From: Methanothrix sp. | Lineage (GTDB): Archaea; Halobacteriota; Methanosarcinia; Methanotrichales; Methanotrichaceae | Assembly: GCA_963682135.1 (NCBI GenBank) | Contig: OY821645.1 | Location: 2,432,001-2,496,000 of the forward strand | Length of the DNA: 64,000 nucleotides | Reading direction: 5' to 3' | Shown: in pieces, positions 1 to 11,836 of the stretch | Numbering within the stretch: position 1 is the first letter of the stretch | Layout: each line of letters opens with the position of its first letter | Notes under the pieces: model-generated | What the model was told of the DNA's origin: nothing | The model's input: only the letters and a program-made list of their open reading frames with translations | Database searches by the model: none | Position numbers and translations under genes: made by a program

Positions 1-632
1 GAAAGATGCTCATCCCCCGTCGGGAGGAGCTGCGCCATGTGGGAATGCTGCCGCCGCTACGTACGGCTCATCACCCAATAAACTCAAAATCAGAATCGCT
101 CAAGATTGGCGAGTTTCGCGTCGGAGCAGTCGTTGAAAGCGTCGGATCTGATAGCGGCGTCTGGGTGGAAATCGGAATCAATCGCCCAATTCCCCTTCGC
201 ACCGAAAGTAGGTACTCGGTAGGGCAGCGCCTGAATGTCAGAATCTTTTCGCAGCAGCCGCTCGCCGCTGAGCCTGTGGACCCGAAGGATATCCCTCATT
301 ACTGGGGATACGAGACCGAGATAGTGGAGAGCCTGGAGAGCTACCTTGCTGCAAAGCATGAGCAGAGTGGCTACGTGGTTCTTACTTCTCGGCGCGGAAA
401 AGGCATAACGCCTGAAATCCTCTCCAACATGGGACACACTGGCTACCAGCGCGATCTTGCGGTCGTCTTCGGCTCACCAACACGGGGCGTAGATGCATTC
501 TTGAGCAAAGAGTCAATGGACAGATATGAAATGATCAACACCATTCCGCATCAAGGAACTGAGACGGTTCGCGTGGAAGAGGCTGTCTTTGCCACTTTAG
601 CCCTGCTCAACCTTATGCGTTTGGAGGACTAA
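1..632 (+). CDS. SPOUT-family RNA methyltransferase (DUF171/C9orf114-like), 5'-partial
   Basis: C-terminal NTIPHQGTETVRVEEA motif and VVFGSP; lies upstream of rpl3, as is usual in archaea. Confidence 0.85.
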   Translation, partial: KMLIPRREELRHVGMLPPLRTAHHPINSKSESLKIGEFRVGAVVESVGSDSGVWVEIGINRPIPLRTESRYSVGQRLNVRIFSQQPLAAEPVDPKDIPHYWGYETEIVESLESYLAAKHEQSGYVVLTSRRGKGITPEILSNMGHTGYQRDLAVVFGSPTRGVDAFLSKESMDRYEMINTIPHQGTETVRVEEAVFATLALLNLMRLED

Positions 633-1637
633 ATGGCAACAATACACCGACCAAGACGAGGTTCGCTGGCCTACAGCCCGAGAAAGAGGGCCAAGAGCGA
701 AGTCCCCAGAATCAGAAGCTGGCCCGATGAGGATAAGGCCAGGATGGCAGGCTTTGCCGGTTATAAGGCCGGCATGACCCACATCATGATGATCGACGAC
801 AGACCGCGCAGCCTCACCGAGGGCGTGGAGATCTCCATGCCCGTAACAGTTCTGGAGGTGCCCCCCATGAATGTGGTGGCTGTGCGCGCCTACGAGAACT
901 ACAACGGCGGCCTGCGGCCTGCTGGCGAGGCCTGGTCTGAGAACCTGAGTCCCGATCTAGCTCGCGCTCTGACCGTCCCCAAAAAGACTCACGGAACCTC
1001 AGCAGACGACCTGCGGGCTCTGGGCGACGATATCGTAGATGTTAGAGTACTGGTTCACACCAATCCCATGCTCATAACCGGAATTCCCAAGAAGACTCCT
1101 GAGCTCATGGAGATGCCCATCAATGGCGGCTCCATGCTGGACCGTCTCGCTTTTGCCCAGAAATTGCTGGGCCAGCAGGTTCCAATCTCCAGCGTATTTG
1201 AGCTGGGTGATCTTCTGGATGCATCTGCCGTCACCAAAGGCAAGGGTACCCAGGGTCCAGTACGACGCTGGGGAATTGCCATCGCCAAGAGAAAGCACGC
1301 CCGTACCGGCAAGCTGCGGCACGTAGGCAACCTCGGTCCCTGGCATCCATCTCATATCAGCTGGCGCGTACCGCAGCTGGGCCAGATGGGCTACCACCAG
1401 AGGACAGAGTTCAATAAAAGACTCATGTTCATCGGAAATGACAGCGCACAAATTAATCCGCAAGGCGGATTTCCCGGCTATGGCTTGGTAAGAAACCAAT
1501 ATATCCTGATCAAGGGAAGCGTTCCCGGTCCCATCAAGAGGATGGTCAGAATAAGACACGCCATAAGACCCGGAAAGAACTTCGTGAAAGTGCCTGAGTT
1601 TCTCTATGTGAGCCAAGAGTCCAAGCAGGGGGTCTAG
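633..1637 (+). CDS. rpl3: 50S ribosomal protein L3
   Basis: HRPRRGSLAYSPRKRA, GYKAGMTH, GQMGYHQRTE motifs. Confidence 0.98.
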   Translation: MATIHRPRRGSLAYSPRKRAKSEVPRIRSWPDEDKARMAGFAGYKAGMTHIMMIDDRPRSLTEGVEISMPVTVLEVPPMNVVAVRAYENYNGGLRPAGEAWSENLSPDLARALTVPKKTHGTSADDLRALGDDIVDVRVLVHTNPMLITGIPKKTPELMEMPINGGSMLDRLAFAQKLLGQQVPISSVFELGDLLDASAVTKGKGTQGPVRRWGIAIAKRKHARTGKLRHVGNLGPWHPSHISWRVPQLGQMGYHQRTEFNKRLMFIGNDSAQINPQGGFPGYGLVRNQYILIKGSVPGPIKRMVRIRHAIRPGKNFVKVPEFLYVSQESKQGV

Positions 1638-2414
1638 ATGATGTTGGCAAATATCATTGATCTATCAGGAAACGCAAACGGCCAGATACAGCTGCCTCCC
1701 GTCTTCGAGGAGGAATACCGGCCGGATATCATCAAGAGGGCCGTCCTAGCCGCACAGGCAAACAGGCTCCAGGCCTATGGACCTCACTTCTATGCTGGCA
1801 TGAATACCTCTGCCCTGTCCTGGGGTCCGGGACACGGCGTCTCCAGGGTTCCCAGATTGAAGAACGGCAGGAAAGCTGCAGGCGTACCAATGGCCGTAGG
1901 CGGCCGCAGGTCTCACGCTCCCCAGCCTAATGCAGACTATACCGAAAAGGTCAACAAAAAGGAGAGGCGCAAGGCCATCCGCTCTGCGATCGCCGCTACT
2001 GCATCTTCGGGATTAGTCGAGGCAAGAGGCCACAGGTTTACAAGAGAGCTGCCCGTTGTAGCTAAAAACGAGCTGGAATCCTTGAGCAAGACCACAGACG
2101 TCATCAAGTTCCTGGTGGCTGCGGGCCTCTGGGATGACGTTCAGAGAGCAAAGGATGGAAGACATATTCGTGCAGGCAAGGGCAAACTGCGGGGAAGGAA
2201 ATATAAAGGCCGCAAGAGCCTGCTCATTGTCGCCGGAAACGATAAGGGCCTCGGAAAAGCTGCCCGCAATCTTCCCGGTGTGGACTTCGTAACCGTAGAG
2301 AAGCTTAATGCTGAGCTGCTTGCGCCTGGGACCAAAGCCGGAAGGCTGACCGTCTGGACTGAGTCTTCCCTGGAGAAGCTGGCCAAGAAGAGCGGAGCGG
2401 AGGCAGTACAATGA
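1638..2414 (+). CDS. rpl4: 50S ribosomal protein L4
   Basis: [35 protein letters not shown]. Confidence 0.97.
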   Translation: MMLANIIDLSGNANGQIQLPPVFEEEYRPDIIKRAVLAAQANRLQAYGPHFYAGMNTSALSWGPGHGVSRVPRLKNGRKAAGVPMAVGGRRSHAPQPNADYTEKVNKKERRKAIRSAIAATASSGLVEARGHRFTRELPVVAKNELESLSKTTDVIKFLVAAGLWDDVQRAKDGRHIRAGKGKLRGRKYKGRKSLLIVAGNDKGLGKAARNLPGVDFVTVEKLNAELLAPGTKAGRLTVWTESSLEKLAKKSGAEAVQ

Positions 2415-2659
2415 TTATCAAGAGCCCCTACGTCACAGAAAAGGTCACCGGCATGATCGACTCCAATGATACCCTGGAGTTTCTGGTGAACATGAAATCC
2501 ACCAAGCCGGAGATCAAGAAAGCCCTGGAAGATCTTTACGATATCGATATCCTGGCAGTCAGGACCATGATAACCTCCCGGGGAGAAAAGAAGGCCATTG
2601 TGAAACTGGCGAAAGAGGGTAGTGCGAACGAGCTTGCCACAAGGCTAGGACTGCTGTAG
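2411..2659 (+). CDS. rpl23: 50S ribosomal protein L23
   Basis: [19 protein letters not shown]; operon position. Confidence 0.96.
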   Translation: MIIKSPYVTEKVTGMIDSNDTLEFLVNMKSTKPEIKKALEDLYDIDILAVRTMITSRGEKKAIVKLAKEGSANELATRLGLL

Positions 2660-2669
2660 GTGGGTAAAT

Positions 2670-3383
2670 ATGGGACATCGAATCATATCTCAGAATAGAG
2701 GTGCAGGTGGTCCAACGTATCGGGCACCCTCTCACAGGTACAGGGCGGACATCAAGCACATCAAAGTCGATAGCGATGAGACAATAAGCGGCGTGGTCCA
2801 GGAAATAGTGCGTGACCCCGCGAGAACAGCTCCCGTTGCGCTCATAGCCTTGAGCAACGGTGAGACGAGATACATCCTGGTTCCCGAGGGTATGTATGTG
2901 GGCCAGGAAGTCTCATGCGGCATATCGGCCCCCATAGAGCCGGGAAACACTCTGCATCTGGCGGAGATCCCCGAGGGCATACCGATCTGCAACGTCGAAT
3001 CGCAGCCGGGTCACGGTGGCCAGTTTGCGAGAGCTTCGGGAGTGTGCGCCATTCTCGTAGCTCATGATGCAGGTCAAACCGTCGTCCAGTTGCCCAGTGG
3101 TGAGATGAAGTGGCTCTCCCCGAAATGCATGGCGACCATAGGGGTCGTTGCCGGGGGAGGCCGTTTGGACAAACCTCTGGTCAAAGCAGGTAAGAGCTTC
3201 TTTAAGTTCCAGTCCAAGGCCAAGAAGTGGCCCATCGTAAGAGGCGTTGCAATGAACGCCGTAGACCACCCCTTCGGTGGCGGTGGACGCCAGCATCCAG
3301 GACGGCCCAAGACAGTCAGCAGGAATACGCCTCCTGGCCGAAAAGTAGGTTCAATTGCCGCAAGAAGAACCGGTAAGCGCTAG
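2670..3383 (+). CDS. rpl2: 50S ribosomal protein L2
   Basis: RGVAMNAVDHPFGGG, PPGRKVGSIAARRTG. Confidence 0.98.
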   Translation: MGHRIISQNRGAGGPTYRAPSHRYRADIKHIKVDSDETISGVVQEIVRDPARTAPVALIALSNGETRYILVPEGMYVGQEVSCGISAPIEPGNTLHLAEIPEGIPICNVESQPGHGGQFARASGVCAILVAHDAGQTVVQLPSGEMKWLSPKCMATIGVVAGGGRLDKPLVKAGKSFFKFQSKAKKWPIVRGVAMNAVDHPFGGGGRQHPGRPKTVSRNTPPGRKVGSIAARRTGKR

Positions 3384-3393
3384 GTGATAGGTT

Positions 3394-3804
3394 TTGGCTA
3401 AAAAAGCAGGATCCAAGCTTCCTAAGAGAAAGGAAGAATTCTTGTATCGGGGCCGGAAGGTTGCCGACCTCGCCAAGTTGAGTGTAGAGGAGCTTGCCGG
3501 GCTCTTACCAGCGCGGCAACGCAGAACGATCAAGAGAGGCCTTGTCAAGGATAACAAAAAACTCATGACAAGCCTGAAGAACAAGGACTCGGTTCGAACC
3601 CACATCAGGAATATGATAGTTATGCCTGATATGGTGGGCAAGAATCTCGAGATCTACAACGGCAAGAGCTTTGAAAAGGTAGAGGTCATGCCCGAGATGA
3701 TCGGACACTTCTTCGGCGAGTTTTCGCTCACGCGCGGTCGCGTGCAGCACGGTGCCGCAGGCGTGGGCGCTACCAGATCAAGCAAATATGTGCCGCTGAA
3801 GTGA
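3394..3804 (+). CDS. rps19: 30S ribosomal protein S19
   Basis: RTHIRNMIVMPDMVG, GHFFGEFSLTR, GVGATRSSKYVPLK. Confidence 0.97.
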   Translation: MAKKAGSKLPKRKEEFLYRGRKVADLAKLSVEELAGLLPARQRRTIKRGLVKDNKKLMTSLKNKDSVRTHIRNMIVMPDMVGKNLEIYNGKSFEKVEVMPEMIGHFFGEFSLTRGRVQHGAAGVGATRSSKYVPLK

Positions 3805-3813
3805 GGTGTGAGA

Positions 3814-4275
3814 TTGGGCAGATTGAATTATTCGCTTACGCCTGCAGGACGCTCTTCAAGGGCCATGGGGATGGAGCTTCACATCTCACCGAAAGCAGCC
3901 CACGAGATCTGCAGGACGCTAAAAGGCATGAGGGCTAACCTCGCCCGAGCCTATCTGGAAGATGTAATCGCCTTGAAGAGGTCTATTCCCTTCAAGCGCT
4001 ACAGAAGAAATGTGGCCCACAAACATGGCCTGGTGGGATGGGATGCCGGCAGATTTCCGCAGAAGGCTGCCAGGGCAGTCTTGGTCGTCCTTGATAATGC
4101 GCTTGCCAATGCCGAGTACAAGGGAATGGAATCCGAGAAGATGAGGATCTTCCATGCCGGTACTAAGAAGGGCAGGACCATCCAGGGATGGATGCCTCGC
4201 GCCATGGGAAGAGCCACACCCAAGAACACAGAGACGGTCTCCGTTGAGATGGTCCTCACCGAGGTGAAGAGCTGA
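3814..4275 (+). CDS. rpl22: 50S ribosomal protein L22
   Basis: [18 protein letters not shown]; TTG start at 3814 after GAGGTG (GTG 3808 is an alternative). Confidence 0.96.
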   Translation: MGRLNYSLTPAGRSSRAMGMELHISPKAAHEICRTLKGMRANLARAYLEDVIALKRSIPFKRYRRNVAHKHGLVGWDAGRFPQKAARAVLVVLDNALANAEYKGMESEKMRIFHAGTKKGRTIQGWMPRAMGRATPKNTETVSVEMVLTEVKS

Positions 4276-5105
4276 TGTCCGTAGAAAAGAAGTTCGTAGC
4301 AGAGGGCCTCTCCAAAGCACTCGTAAATGAGTATCTGGCAGAAGAGCTGGAACGCGCCGGATACGGCGGCATGGTCATGAATCGTACTCCCATGGGCACT
4401 CAGATTACCGTCTATGCGGAAAAGCCGGGCATGGTCATCGGAAAAGGCGGCAAATTGATCCGCAAGATCACCCGCGACCTGGATCGCAAATTCCATCTGG
4501 ATAATCCCCAGATAGATGTACAGGATGTGGGCCGTGGCGATTTGAACGGCAGAGTTGTAGCCAATCGTCTGGCATCCTCTTTGGAGCGTGGCTGGTACTT
4601 CCGAAAGGCAGGTCAGTCCATGATGAGAAGAGTGATGGACGCCGGGGCATTGGGTTGTGAGATTGTCATCAGCGGCAAGCTAACCGGCCCGCGCTCCCGA
4701 ACCGAGAAATTCATTTCCGGTTATATCAAGCACTCTGGAAAGCCAGCCATCGATCTCGTTGATAAGGGCTACTCCGTAGCCGTTAAGAAACTGGGTGTAA
4801 TTGGCTGTCAGGTCAGGATCATCCCGCCCGACGTGCGACTTCCTGATGACTTCCTGATTGAAAAGCCGCCGGTCGTGGCCCCAGTCGCGGAAACAAAGCC
4901 CGCAAAGGGTCCTGTAGCACCGGCGCCAGTGGCAACGCCCGCTCCCGAGAAGAAGAGCGATCTGGATCAGCTCTTAGAGTCTGAACCCGTGGCTGCGCCG
5001 TCACCTCTGGATGAGTCAAGTGTGAAGGGCAGCGAGGGCGTGGCAGAGGATGCGCCTCTCCCCGAAGAGATGGCTGATATTGAGCCCTGCGCCAAGGAAG
5101 AGTGA
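4275..5105 (+). CDS. rps3: 30S ribosomal protein S3 with Pro/Ala-rich acidic C-terminal tail
   Basis: [11 protein letters not shown] motif, [10 protein letters not shown]. Confidence 0.97.
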   Translation: MSVEKKFVAEGLSKALVNEYLAEELERAGYGGMVMNRTPMGTQITVYAEKPGMVIGKGGKLIRKITRDLDRKFHLDNPQIDVQDVGRGDLNGRVVANRLASSLERGWYFRKAGQSMMRRVMDAGALGCEIVISGKLTGPRSRTEKFISGYIKHSGKPAIDLVDKGYSVAVKKLGVIGCQVRIIPPDVRLPDDFLIEKPPVVAPVAETKPAKGPVAPAPVATPAPEKKSDLDQLLESEPVAAPSPLDESSVKGSEGVAEDAPLPEEMADIEPCAKEE

Positions 5106-5111
5106 TCCGGT

Positions 5112-5342
5112 ATGGCGATCTTTAAGATTGATGAGATCAGAAACATGAACGCGGAGGAGATTGCAGAGGAGCTGAGAAAGCTTCAAACCGAACTCATCCG
5201 AGAGAGAGGCATCGTAACTGCAGGTGGCGCCCCGGAAAAGCCTGGGAGAATCAGAGACCTGCGCAGAACGGTGGCCAGGATCAAAACGGTTCAAACGGAG
5301 CGAAGCGGATCAAGACGATCCAAGCGGAGCGAAGTTTTGTGA
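5112..5342 (+). CDS. rpl29: 50S ribosomal protein L29
   Basis: [16 protein letters not shown]. Confidence 0.95.
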   Translation: MAIFKIDEIRNMNAEEIAEELRKLQTELIRERGIVTAGGAPEKPGRIRDLRRTVARIKTVQTERSGSRRSKRSEVL

Positions 5343-5632
5343 ACCTGAATCCTGAAAGCCTGGCAAGGCACGAGCTTATCGGCCTTGAGGTAGCGGTTGC
5401 TGCGAGCAGCAACCCCAGCCAGATCGGGCTTAAGGCCCTGGTTGTGGATGAGACCAGGAATACATTCCTTTTGGAGACGAAATCCAAGGTCTTGCGCCTT
5501 GCCAAAAAGGATACAAACCTGATCTTCACATTGCCCGATGGACAGAATGTGAGTGTCTTCGGCACAATGTTGATCTCACAACCAGAGAACAGAATTAGCA
5601 AGAGAATGCAAAAAACGAGGTGGAAGTTATGA
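5339..5632 (+). CDS. rnp1: Ribonuclease P protein component 1 (Rpp29/POP4)
   Basis: [22 protein letters not shown]; standard position between L29 and S17. Confidence 0.93.
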   Translation: MNLNPESLARHELIGLEVAVAASSNPSQIGLKALVVDETRNTFLLETKSKVLRLAKKDTNLIFTLPDGQNVSVFGTMLISQPENRISKRMQKTRWKL

Positions 5633-5949
5633 GGGATATCGGACTGGACGTTAGCGCTCCGCAAAAGGAATGCAATGATCCTAAGTGTCCCTTCCATGGT
5701 AGCCTGCCCGTACGTGGCCAGGTCTTTAGTTGCACCGTGGTCAGCGACAAGATGGACAGTACCGTGGTAGTAATGCGTAAGTTCGAGAAGAAAGCAACGA
5801 AGTATGAACGATTCGAGAAGAGGCAGTCCAAGATCCATGCGCACAATCCCCCATGCATTGATGCCAAGGCAGGGGATCGTGTCAAGATAGCGGAGTGTAG
5901 GCCCCTTTCCAAGACCAAATCCTATGTAGTGGTGGAGGTCCTGAAATGA
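5629..5949 (+). CDS. rps17: 30S ribosomal protein S17
   Basis: [28 protein letters not shown]. Confidence 0.97.
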   Translation: MRDIGLDVSAPQKECNDPKCPFHGSLPVRGQVFSCTVVSDKMDSTVVVMRKFEKKATKYERFEKRQSKIHAHNPPCIDAKAGDRVKIAECRPLSKTKSYVVVEVLK

Positions 5950-6344
5950 AAGGACAAAAGGCCAAGATCCCAAGGGCGATCAACACTGGCGCATACCTGG
6001 ATTGTGTAGACAATACAGGTGCGCGGACGCTACACGTCATCGCTGTTAAGAACTATCGAGGCGTGAAAAATAGACAGCCCTGCGCAGGGATTGGGGATGT
6101 AGTCGTAGTATCTGTAAAAAAGGGAAGTCCGGAGATGAGAAAGCAGATCTTTAAAGCTGTCATCATCCGCCAGAGAAAGGAGTTTCGCAGGCCCGATGGC
6201 CTCAGGGTCAAATTCGAGGATAATGCCGCCGTTATAGTAGATGACGAGGGCGTTCCCAAGGGTTCTGAGGTCAAGGGACCTGTGGCCCGCGAGGTAGCAG
6301 AAAGATTTAGCAAGATTGCTTCCGCGGCATCCATGATTGTGTGA
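5946..6344 (+). CDS. rpl14: 50S ribosomal protein L14
   Basis: [24 protein letters not shown]. Confidence 0.97.
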   Translation: MKGQKAKIPRAINTGAYLDCVDNTGARTLHVIAVKNYRGVKNRQPCAGIGDVVVVSVKKGSPEMRKQIFKAVIIRQRKEFRRPDGLRVKFEDNAAVIVDDEGVPKGSEVKGPVAREVAERFSKIASAASMIV

Positions 6345-6709
6345 TGATTATGATTACAAAACAGCCAAGGAAGCAGCGGAAGGCGAGGTATACCGCACCG
6401 CTGCACAAGCGTCAAAAGTACATGCATGCACCCTTGAGCAAAGCTTTGCGTGAGGAGCTGAAGAGGCGCAATGCACAGCTTCGCAAGGGCGATACCGTCA
6501 AGGTCATGCGCGGCGATCACGCCGGCACCGAAGGAGAGGTCGAAGATGTAGACCTTAAGAGGTGCACCATCAAAGTGGCAGGCGTGAGCAACTACCGGGC
6601 TGACGGAACTGAAGTGCCGAGAACTATCCACCCCTCCAATGTCATGATAATCAAGCTCGTTCTTGAAGACTCCGAGAGGGAAAAGATTTTCGCGAGGCGA
6701 TCAGAATGA
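6341..6709 (+). CDS. rpl24: 50S ribosomal protein L24
   Basis: [25 protein letters not shown]. Confidence 0.97.
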   Translation: MMIMITKQPRKQRKARYTAPLHKRQKYMHAPLSKALREELKRRNAQLRKGDTVKVMRGDHAGTEGEVEDVDLKRCTIKVAGVSNYRADGTEVPRTIHPSNVMIIKLVLEDSEREKIFARRSE

Positions 6710-7410
6710 GCAGACATCAAAAGAGAATAACGGTTCCCGTAAGCTGGCCCATTGCAAAAAAAACTCATGTATGGGTTGCCAAGACCAGTCCCGGGCCTCA
6801 TTCCGCTGGGAATAGCATACCTCTCGTGGTAGTAATCCGAGACATGCTTAAGCTGGTAGATAATGCCCGCGAGGCAAAGAGGGTTCTGTATGAGGGTAAG
6901 GTATTGGTGGACGGAAAAATCCAGAAGGATTACAAGCTTCCTATCGGCATATTCGATGTCATAGCCGTTCCTTCAAACAACCAGCAATACAGAATGCTCA
7001 AGGATGAGAAGGGAATGTTTTATCTCAGCTCTCTTGAGGCTGGCAATATAAGAAAGCTGGCTCGAATTGAGAATAAAACCTTCCTTAAGGGCAAAAAGCA
7101 GCAGCTCAATCTGTCCGACGGATCCAATAAGCTGGCAGAAGGCGACTATAAGGTTGGCGACTCGCTGGTCCTCTCACTGCCGAAAAAAGATATCGAAGAT
7201 AAGATCGGCTTCGAGATAGGCAATCTGGCAATGGTCGTAGGTGGAAAGCATTCCGGCCAAACGGGGAAGATCAAAGAGATCATAACCGTGAAGAGCTCCC
7301 AGCATAATCGCATCATAATCTCGGGAGACGAGGAGTTTGAGACCATCAAGGATTACGTTTACATGATCGGAATAGATCAGCCTGTCATCAAGCTGGGGGC
7401 CGTTAGATGA
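6706..7410 (+). CDS. rps4e: 30S ribosomal protein S4e
   Basis: [27 protein letters not shown]. Confidence 0.97.
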   Translation: MSRHQKRITVPVSWPIAKKTHVWVAKTSPGPHSAGNSIPLVVVIRDMLKLVDNAREAKRVLYEGKVLVDGKIQKDYKLPIGIFDVIAVPSNNQQYRMLKDEKGMFYLSSLEAGNIRKLARIENKTFLKGKKQQLNLSDGSNKLAEGDYKVGDSLVLSLPKKDIEDKIGFEIGNLAMVVGGKHSGQTGKIKEIITVKSSQHNRIIISGDEEFETIKDYVYMIGIDQPVIKLGAVR

Positions 7411-7922
7411 ATGCCAATCTAATTCCCCGCATCGACAAGATTGTCGTGCATGTAGGCGTAGGAGAGAGCGGTCAGAGGCTGGTAAATGCTGAATCTATCA
7501 TGAAGGCCATTACCAAACAGCAGCCCGTTCGTTCTATTGCTAAAAAGACTCTGCCTACCTTCGGCATTAAAAAGAATGAGCCCATCGGTGCAAAGCTTAC
7601 CTTGCGAGGCAAAGCGGCTGAGGATTTTCTGGTCATAGCCCTTAAGGCTGCCGGAAATACCTTAAGAAAGAGCCAGTTTGACATGCAGGGCAACTTCTCT
7701 TTCGGTATTGAGGAGCACACCGACTTTCCAGGAATGCGATACGATCCCGAAATAGGAATATTCGGAATGGATGTGTCCGTTGCCTTGAAGAGGGCCGGCT
7801 ATAGGATTGCAATGCGGCGCGTGGCGCAAAAGAAACTTCCCAGCCGGCAGAGGCTGAATAAAGACGACTCTGTGGAGTTTGTCTCAAAGAAGTTCGGCAT
7901 TGAGATCTTGGAGGCAGCATGA
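7407..7922 (+). CDS. rpl5: 50S ribosomal protein L5
   Basis: [22 protein letters not shown]. Confidence 0.97.
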   Translation: MNANLIPRIDKIVVHVGVGESGQRLVNAESIMKAITKQQPVRSIAKKTLPTFGIKKNEPIGAKLTLRGKAAEDFLVIALKAAGNTLRKSQFDMQGNFSFGIEEHTDFPGMRYDPEIGIFGMDVSVALKRAGYRIAMRRVAQKKLPSRQRLNKDDSVEFVSKKFGIEILEAA

Positions 7923-8071
7923 AGAAAGGAAAAAAGGTCTTCGGAAGAGGGTCAAACCCGTGCAAGCGCTGTGGAAACAAAAACGGCCTGATAAGAAAGT
8001 ACGGGATATACGTTTGCCGTCAGTGCTTCCGAGAGATCGCCCCTGAGATGGGTTTTGAAAAATATTCATAG
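7919..8071 (+). CDS. rps14: 30S ribosomal protein S14 (Zn-binding type), 50 aa, absent from the ORF track
   Basis: Hand translation: [50 protein letters not shown]. Confidence 0.97.
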   Translation: MKKGKKVFGRGSNPCKRCGNKNGLIRKYGIYVCRQCFREIAPEMGFEKYS

Positions 8072-8080
8072 GTGGCTACT

Positions 8081-8470
8081 ATGTTATTGGATCCACTGGC
8101 CGATGCCCTATCCGTAATTAAGAATGCGGAGAGCGTAGGCAAGCCTGAATGTATCATTCATCCCGCCTCCAAGCTCATTGGAAGAGCTCTGAAGGTTATG
8201 GCGGATAGAGGATATATAGGCGAGTTCGAATTTGTTGACGACGGAAAGTCGGGAATGTTCCGAGTGAAGCTCCTGGGAAGGATCAACCGATGCGGCGTGA
8301 TTAAGCCCCGGTTTTCAACCAAGGTGGCCGAGATGGAGAAATGGGAGAAGCGATTTCTACCCGCCAGAAACTTCGGTGTTCTTATATTGAGCACCAGTAA
8401 GGGAGTCATGGCCCATTCTGATGCCAGGAACCAATTCCTGGGCGGTCAGCTCCTGGCTTACGTATATTAG
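8081..8470 (+). CDS. rps8: 30S ribosomal protein S8
   Basis: [25 protein letters not shown]. Confidence 0.97.
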   Translation: MLLDPLADALSVIKNAESVGKPECIIHPASKLIGRALKVMADRGYIGEFEFVDDGKSGMFRVKLLGRINRCGVIKPRFSTKVAEMEKWEKRFLPARNFGVLILSTSKGVMAHSDARNQFLGGQLLAYVY

Positions 8471-8479
8471 GTGGTCGCA

Positions 8480-9010
8480 ATGGTCAAAGAGATTGCACGA
8501 GCGGTAGAGATCCCTGAAGGAGTTGCCGTAACCGTAGACGGGAGTAGCGTCACGGTTAAAGGACCCAAAGGTGAGGTTCGCAGGCAGCTTTGCTATCCTA
8601 TGATAGATATCACTAAAGAGGATTCTCAACTGATCGTGAATTCCAGGCTCGATAGAAAGCAGCACCGGGCAATGGTGGGAACACTGGCCGCGCACATCAG
8701 CAATATGATTGCAGGCGTAAGCCGGGGTTATGAGTACAAGATGAAGGTCGTGTACTCTCACTTTCCCATACAGCTCAAGGAAGCTTCCAACGAGCTCATC
8801 ATAAACAATTTCCTGGGCGAAAGGAAGTCTCGGTCCGCCAAGATCCTTCCGGGCGCCAAGGTCGAGATAGGCAAAGATGAAGTAACGATCACAGGCATCG
8901 ACAAGGAGCAGGTTGGCCAGACCATGGCCAATATTGAGCAGGCTACCAGGGTGCATGGTTTCGATATCAGGATATTCCAAGACGGAATTTACCTGGTGGA
9001 CAAGAGGTGA
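8480..9010 (+). CDS. rpl6: 50S ribosomal protein L6
   Basis: VYSHFPI, NFLGER, DIRIFQDGIY. Confidence 0.97.
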   Translation: MVKEIARAVEIPEGVAVTVDGSSVTVKGPKGEVRRQLCYPMIDITKEDSQLIVNSRLDRKQHRAMVGTLAAHISNMIAGVSRGYEYKMKVVYSHFPIQLKEASNELIINNFLGERKSRSAKILPGAKVEIGKDEVTITGIDKEQVGQTMANIEQATRVHGFDIRIFQDGIYLVDKR

Positions 9011-9015
9011 CGAGG

Positions 9016-9390
9016 ATGGCAGAGAGGTTGCTGAGAGTAAGAACCAGGCAGAAATCTAAAAAGCCTGAGTTCACCTTTCATGATTCACATAAAAAGAAGC
9101 GTCTGACCACCAGCTGGCGAAAGCCTCGCGGCCTGCACAACAAACTCCGGCAGCAGATTGCTGCCAAAGGCAAGCTGGTTAGAGTGGGCTATGGAAGCCC
9201 TAAGGCTGTCAAGGGATTTCATCCCTGTGGCCTTCCTGAAGTGCTGGTTAATAACGTCGCAGAGGTGCAAAAAGCGCAGGGATCTGTGGTACGTATAGCA
9301 GCGGGTGTTGGCATGAAGAAGCGCCTGGAGATGCAGGCAAAAGCAGCTGAGTCAGGCATTAGGGTGCTAAATCCCAAGGGTGGTGCCTAG
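9016..9390 (+). CDS. rpl32e: 50S ribosomal protein L32e
   Basis: WRKPRGLHNKLR, GYGSPK, HPCG. Confidence 0.96.
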   Translation: MAERLLRVRTRQKSKKPEFTFHDSHKKKRLTTSWRKPRGLHNKLRQQIAAKGKLVRVGYGSPKAVKGFHPCGLPEVLVNNVAEVQKAQGSVVRIAAGVGMKKRLEMQAKAAESGIRVLNPKGGA

Positions 9391-9392
9391 AT

Positions 9393-9854
9393 ATGCCGGG
9401 TTTAACAACTCAGCGGCGCCTGGCAGCATCCGAGCTGAAAATCGGCGAGAGCCGGGTCTGGATCGATCCCGATCCAGAGGTAGCAAGCGAGCTTTCCGAT
9501 GCCATTACCCGGGAGGACATTCGCTCCCTGATAGATGCCGGAAAGATCAAGGCCAAGCCTAAGAAGGGTAACAGCCGGGGCAGAATTAGGGCTCGGGCAA
9601 TAAAGCGAGCCTACGGACACTGCAAAGGTGCGGGACATAGAAGAGGAGCCAAGGGTGCTCGGTCCCCGAGAAAAGAGCAGTGGATGACCAAAATCCGGGC
9701 TCTAAGAAAGAAGCTTAGGGAGCTTCGTGAAGGCGGCCAGATAGATCGCCATGCTTACCGCTTGCTCTACCGCAAATCCAAGGGCGGCGAGTACCGAAGC
9801 CTCGCGCACATGAACTCATTCATCAAGGCTAAGGGCCTTGCCAGGGGTGAATAA
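9393..9854 (+). CDS. rpl19e: 50S ribosomal protein L19e
   Basis: QRRLAA, RVWIDP, WMTKIRALR, YRKSKGG. Confidence 0.97.
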   Translation: MPGLTTQRRLAASELKIGESRVWIDPDPEVASELSDAITREDIRSLIDAGKIKAKPKKGNSRGRIRARAIKRAYGHCKGAGHRRGAKGARSPRKEQWMTKIRALRKKLRELREGGQIDRHAYRLLYRKSKGGEYRSLAHMNSFIKAKGLARGE

Positions 9855-9856
9855 AC

Positions 9857-10366
9857 TTGGCTACAGGACCGAGATATAGAGTCCCCTTCCGAAGAAGAAG
9901 AGAGGGCAAGACCAACTATCACGTTAGATACAAGCTAATACTATCGAAGAAACCCCGTGTTGTTGTCAGAAAGAGCAATGCCAACACATTGCTGCAATTA
10001 GTGGTAGCGGAGCAGAAAGGCGATAAAACGCTCCTGACGGTCAATTCACGAGAGCTGCAAAGCTATGGATATACCTTTAGCAAGAGCAACATACCTGCAG
10101 CCTATCTCACAGGCCTTCTCTTCGGCAAGAAGATGCTGGCCCTGGGCATTGACGAGGGAATCGCAGATATTGGTCTGCATGCATCTACCAAAGGCAACCG
10201 AATTTATTCTGCTATTAAAGGCATCGTAGATGCAGGTGTAAATGTGCCCCATGGCGAGGAGATCTTACCTGATGAGAAGAGAATTCGCGGCGAGCACATA
10301 AAGAAGTACACGGGAGCAGATATCGTGGCCCAATTCGAGCAGGTCCGAGAGAAGATACTGGGGTGA
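9857..10366 (+). CDS. rpl18: 50S ribosomal protein L18
   Basis: [26 protein letters not shown]. Confidence 0.97.
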   Translation: MATGPRYRVPFRRRREGKTNYHVRYKLILSKKPRVVVRKSNANTLLQLVVAEQKGDKTLLTVNSRELQSYGYTFSKSNIPAAYLTGLLFGKKMLALGIDEGIADIGLHASTKGNRIYSAIKGIVDAGVNVPHGEEILPDEKRIRGEHIKKYTGADIVAQFEQVREKILG

Positions 10367-10370
10367 ACTT

Positions 10371-10994
10371 ATGGATCGGAAAAAGAAGCGTGATTTTTAC
10401 CAGGAAGAGTGGGTCCCCAGGACAAGGCTGGGCAAGCTCGTCTTTGAGGGCCAAGTAACTTCCTTCGATGAAGCAATTGCCTCAGGTCTGCCTATTAAGG
10501 AGGCTGGCCTGATAGATGTACTGATACCGGGACTTGAGGATGAGGTTCTGGATATCAACATGGTTCAGAGGATGACGGACTCCGGAAGGAGGGTCAAATT
10601 CAGAACTACGGTAATTGTTGGAAATAGAGATGGATACATCGGCTTGGGCGAAGGAAAAGATGTCCAGGTTGGCAAAGCCATCAAGAAGGGCATCGATAGT
10701 GCCAAGCGCAATATCATGAAGGTAAAGCGAGGCTGCGGTAGCTGGGAATGCGGCTGCGGCCAGGCGCACACTGTGCCATACCAGGTAGTCGGAGAATCGG
10801 GAAGCGTCAGGGTCGTACTTATCCCGGCGCCTCGCGGGCTTGGGATAGCAGCCGGTGACACATCCAAGAAGGTCATGGACATGGCAGGCATCAAGGATGT
10901 CTGGACAAGAACGGCAGGATCGACCAGGACGACTATCAACTTCGCCAAGGCCACCTACAATGCACTCATCAATACTGTAACTGTGAGGGCTTGA
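10371..10994 (+). CDS. rps5: 30S ribosomal protein S5
   Basis: [26 protein letters not shown]. Confidence 0.97.
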   Translation: MDRKKKRDFYQEEWVPRTRLGKLVFEGQVTSFDEAIASGLPIKEAGLIDVLIPGLEDEVLDINMVQRMTDSGRRVKFRTTVIVGNRDGYIGLGEGKDVQVGKAIKKGIDSAKRNIMKVKRGCGSWECGCGQAHTVPYQVVGESGSVRVVLIPAPRGLGIAAGDTSKKVMDMAGIKDVWTRTAGSTRTTINFAKATYNALINTVTVRA

Positions 10995-11452
10995 AGATGT
11001 TTGCCATAGTGAGATTGAGAGGCGAGCTGAACCTTCGGCCGGATATCAAGTCCACTTTAGCCATGTTGCACATAAATCGAGTCAACCACTGCATCGTCGT
11101 CCGAGAGGATGAACATTACCGGGGCATGATCCAGAAAGTAAAGGACTATGTAGCCTGGGGCAAGATAGACGATGACACGCTGGCTCTGCTCCTCGAGAAG
11201 CGGGGACGACTGAGTGCCAACCGGCGGCTGACAGAGCAGTTTCTGAAGGAGAATACATCCTACGGCTCCTTCAAGGAATTGGCCAGTGCCATCACATCCG
11301 GCAAAGCAAGCCTGAAGGATCTGGAAATTAAACCCATATTCCGGCTCCATCCGGCCCGGAAGGGTTTGAAGACCATCAAGAAGACCGCGCAACAGGGCGG
11401 AGATCTGGGCTTTCGCACAGACTTGACGGATCTTATCAAGAGGATGAGGTAA
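10991..11452 (+). CDS. rpl30: 50S ribosomal protein L30 (archaeal long form)
   Basis: [25 protein letters not shown]. Confidence 0.95.
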   Translation: MKMFAIVRLRGELNLRPDIKSTLAMLHINRVNHCIVVREDEHYRGMIQKVKDYVAWGKIDDDTLALLLEKRGRLSANRRLTEQFLKENTSYGSFKELASAITSGKASLKDLEIKPIFRLHPARKGLKTIKKTAQQGGDLGFRTDLTDLIKRMR

Positions 11453-11458
11453 GAAACC

Positions 11459-11836
11459 ATGGTTAGACCAAATGGAAAAGACAAGAGAGGGCATAGAACC
11501 TATCACGGCAAGCACAAGAATGCGCGCGGAGGCGGGTCTCGCGGCGGTCGTGGCGATTCTGGGAAGTGCAAACATCACTTCATGCGCTCTATGCTTCTTG
11601 GAACTCAGATGGGCAAGCACGGATTCGTTAAGCTGCCCCTTTCTGTGGAGCTTGAGGTGGTCAACGTGGACGTGCTAGACCAGATGGCAGGCCCGGATGG
11701 CAAGATTGAGCTTTCCGAGATGAAGGTGCTGGGTCGCGGCAAAGTAACCAGAACGCTTAACGTTAGCGCGGCTGAATTCACTGCGACAGCAAAGAGCAAA
11801 ATTGAGGCTGCTGGTGGTCAGGCAGTAGTAGTATGA
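11459..11836 (+). CDS. rpl15: 50S ribosomal protein L15
   Basis: RGGGSRGGRG, GKHGF, KVLGRG, KIEAAGG. Confidence 0.95.
   Translation: MVRPNGKDKRGHRTYHGKHKNARGGGSRGGRGDSGKCKHHFMRSMLLGTQMGKHGFVKLPLSVELEVVNVDVLDQMAGPDGKIELSEMKVLGRGKVTRTLNVSAAEFTATAKSKIEAAGGQAVVV

Noticed and set aside
4860-5105. Pro/Ala-rich acidic tail of S3
   Set aside because: Such extensions are common in Methanomicrobia and haloarchaeal S3.
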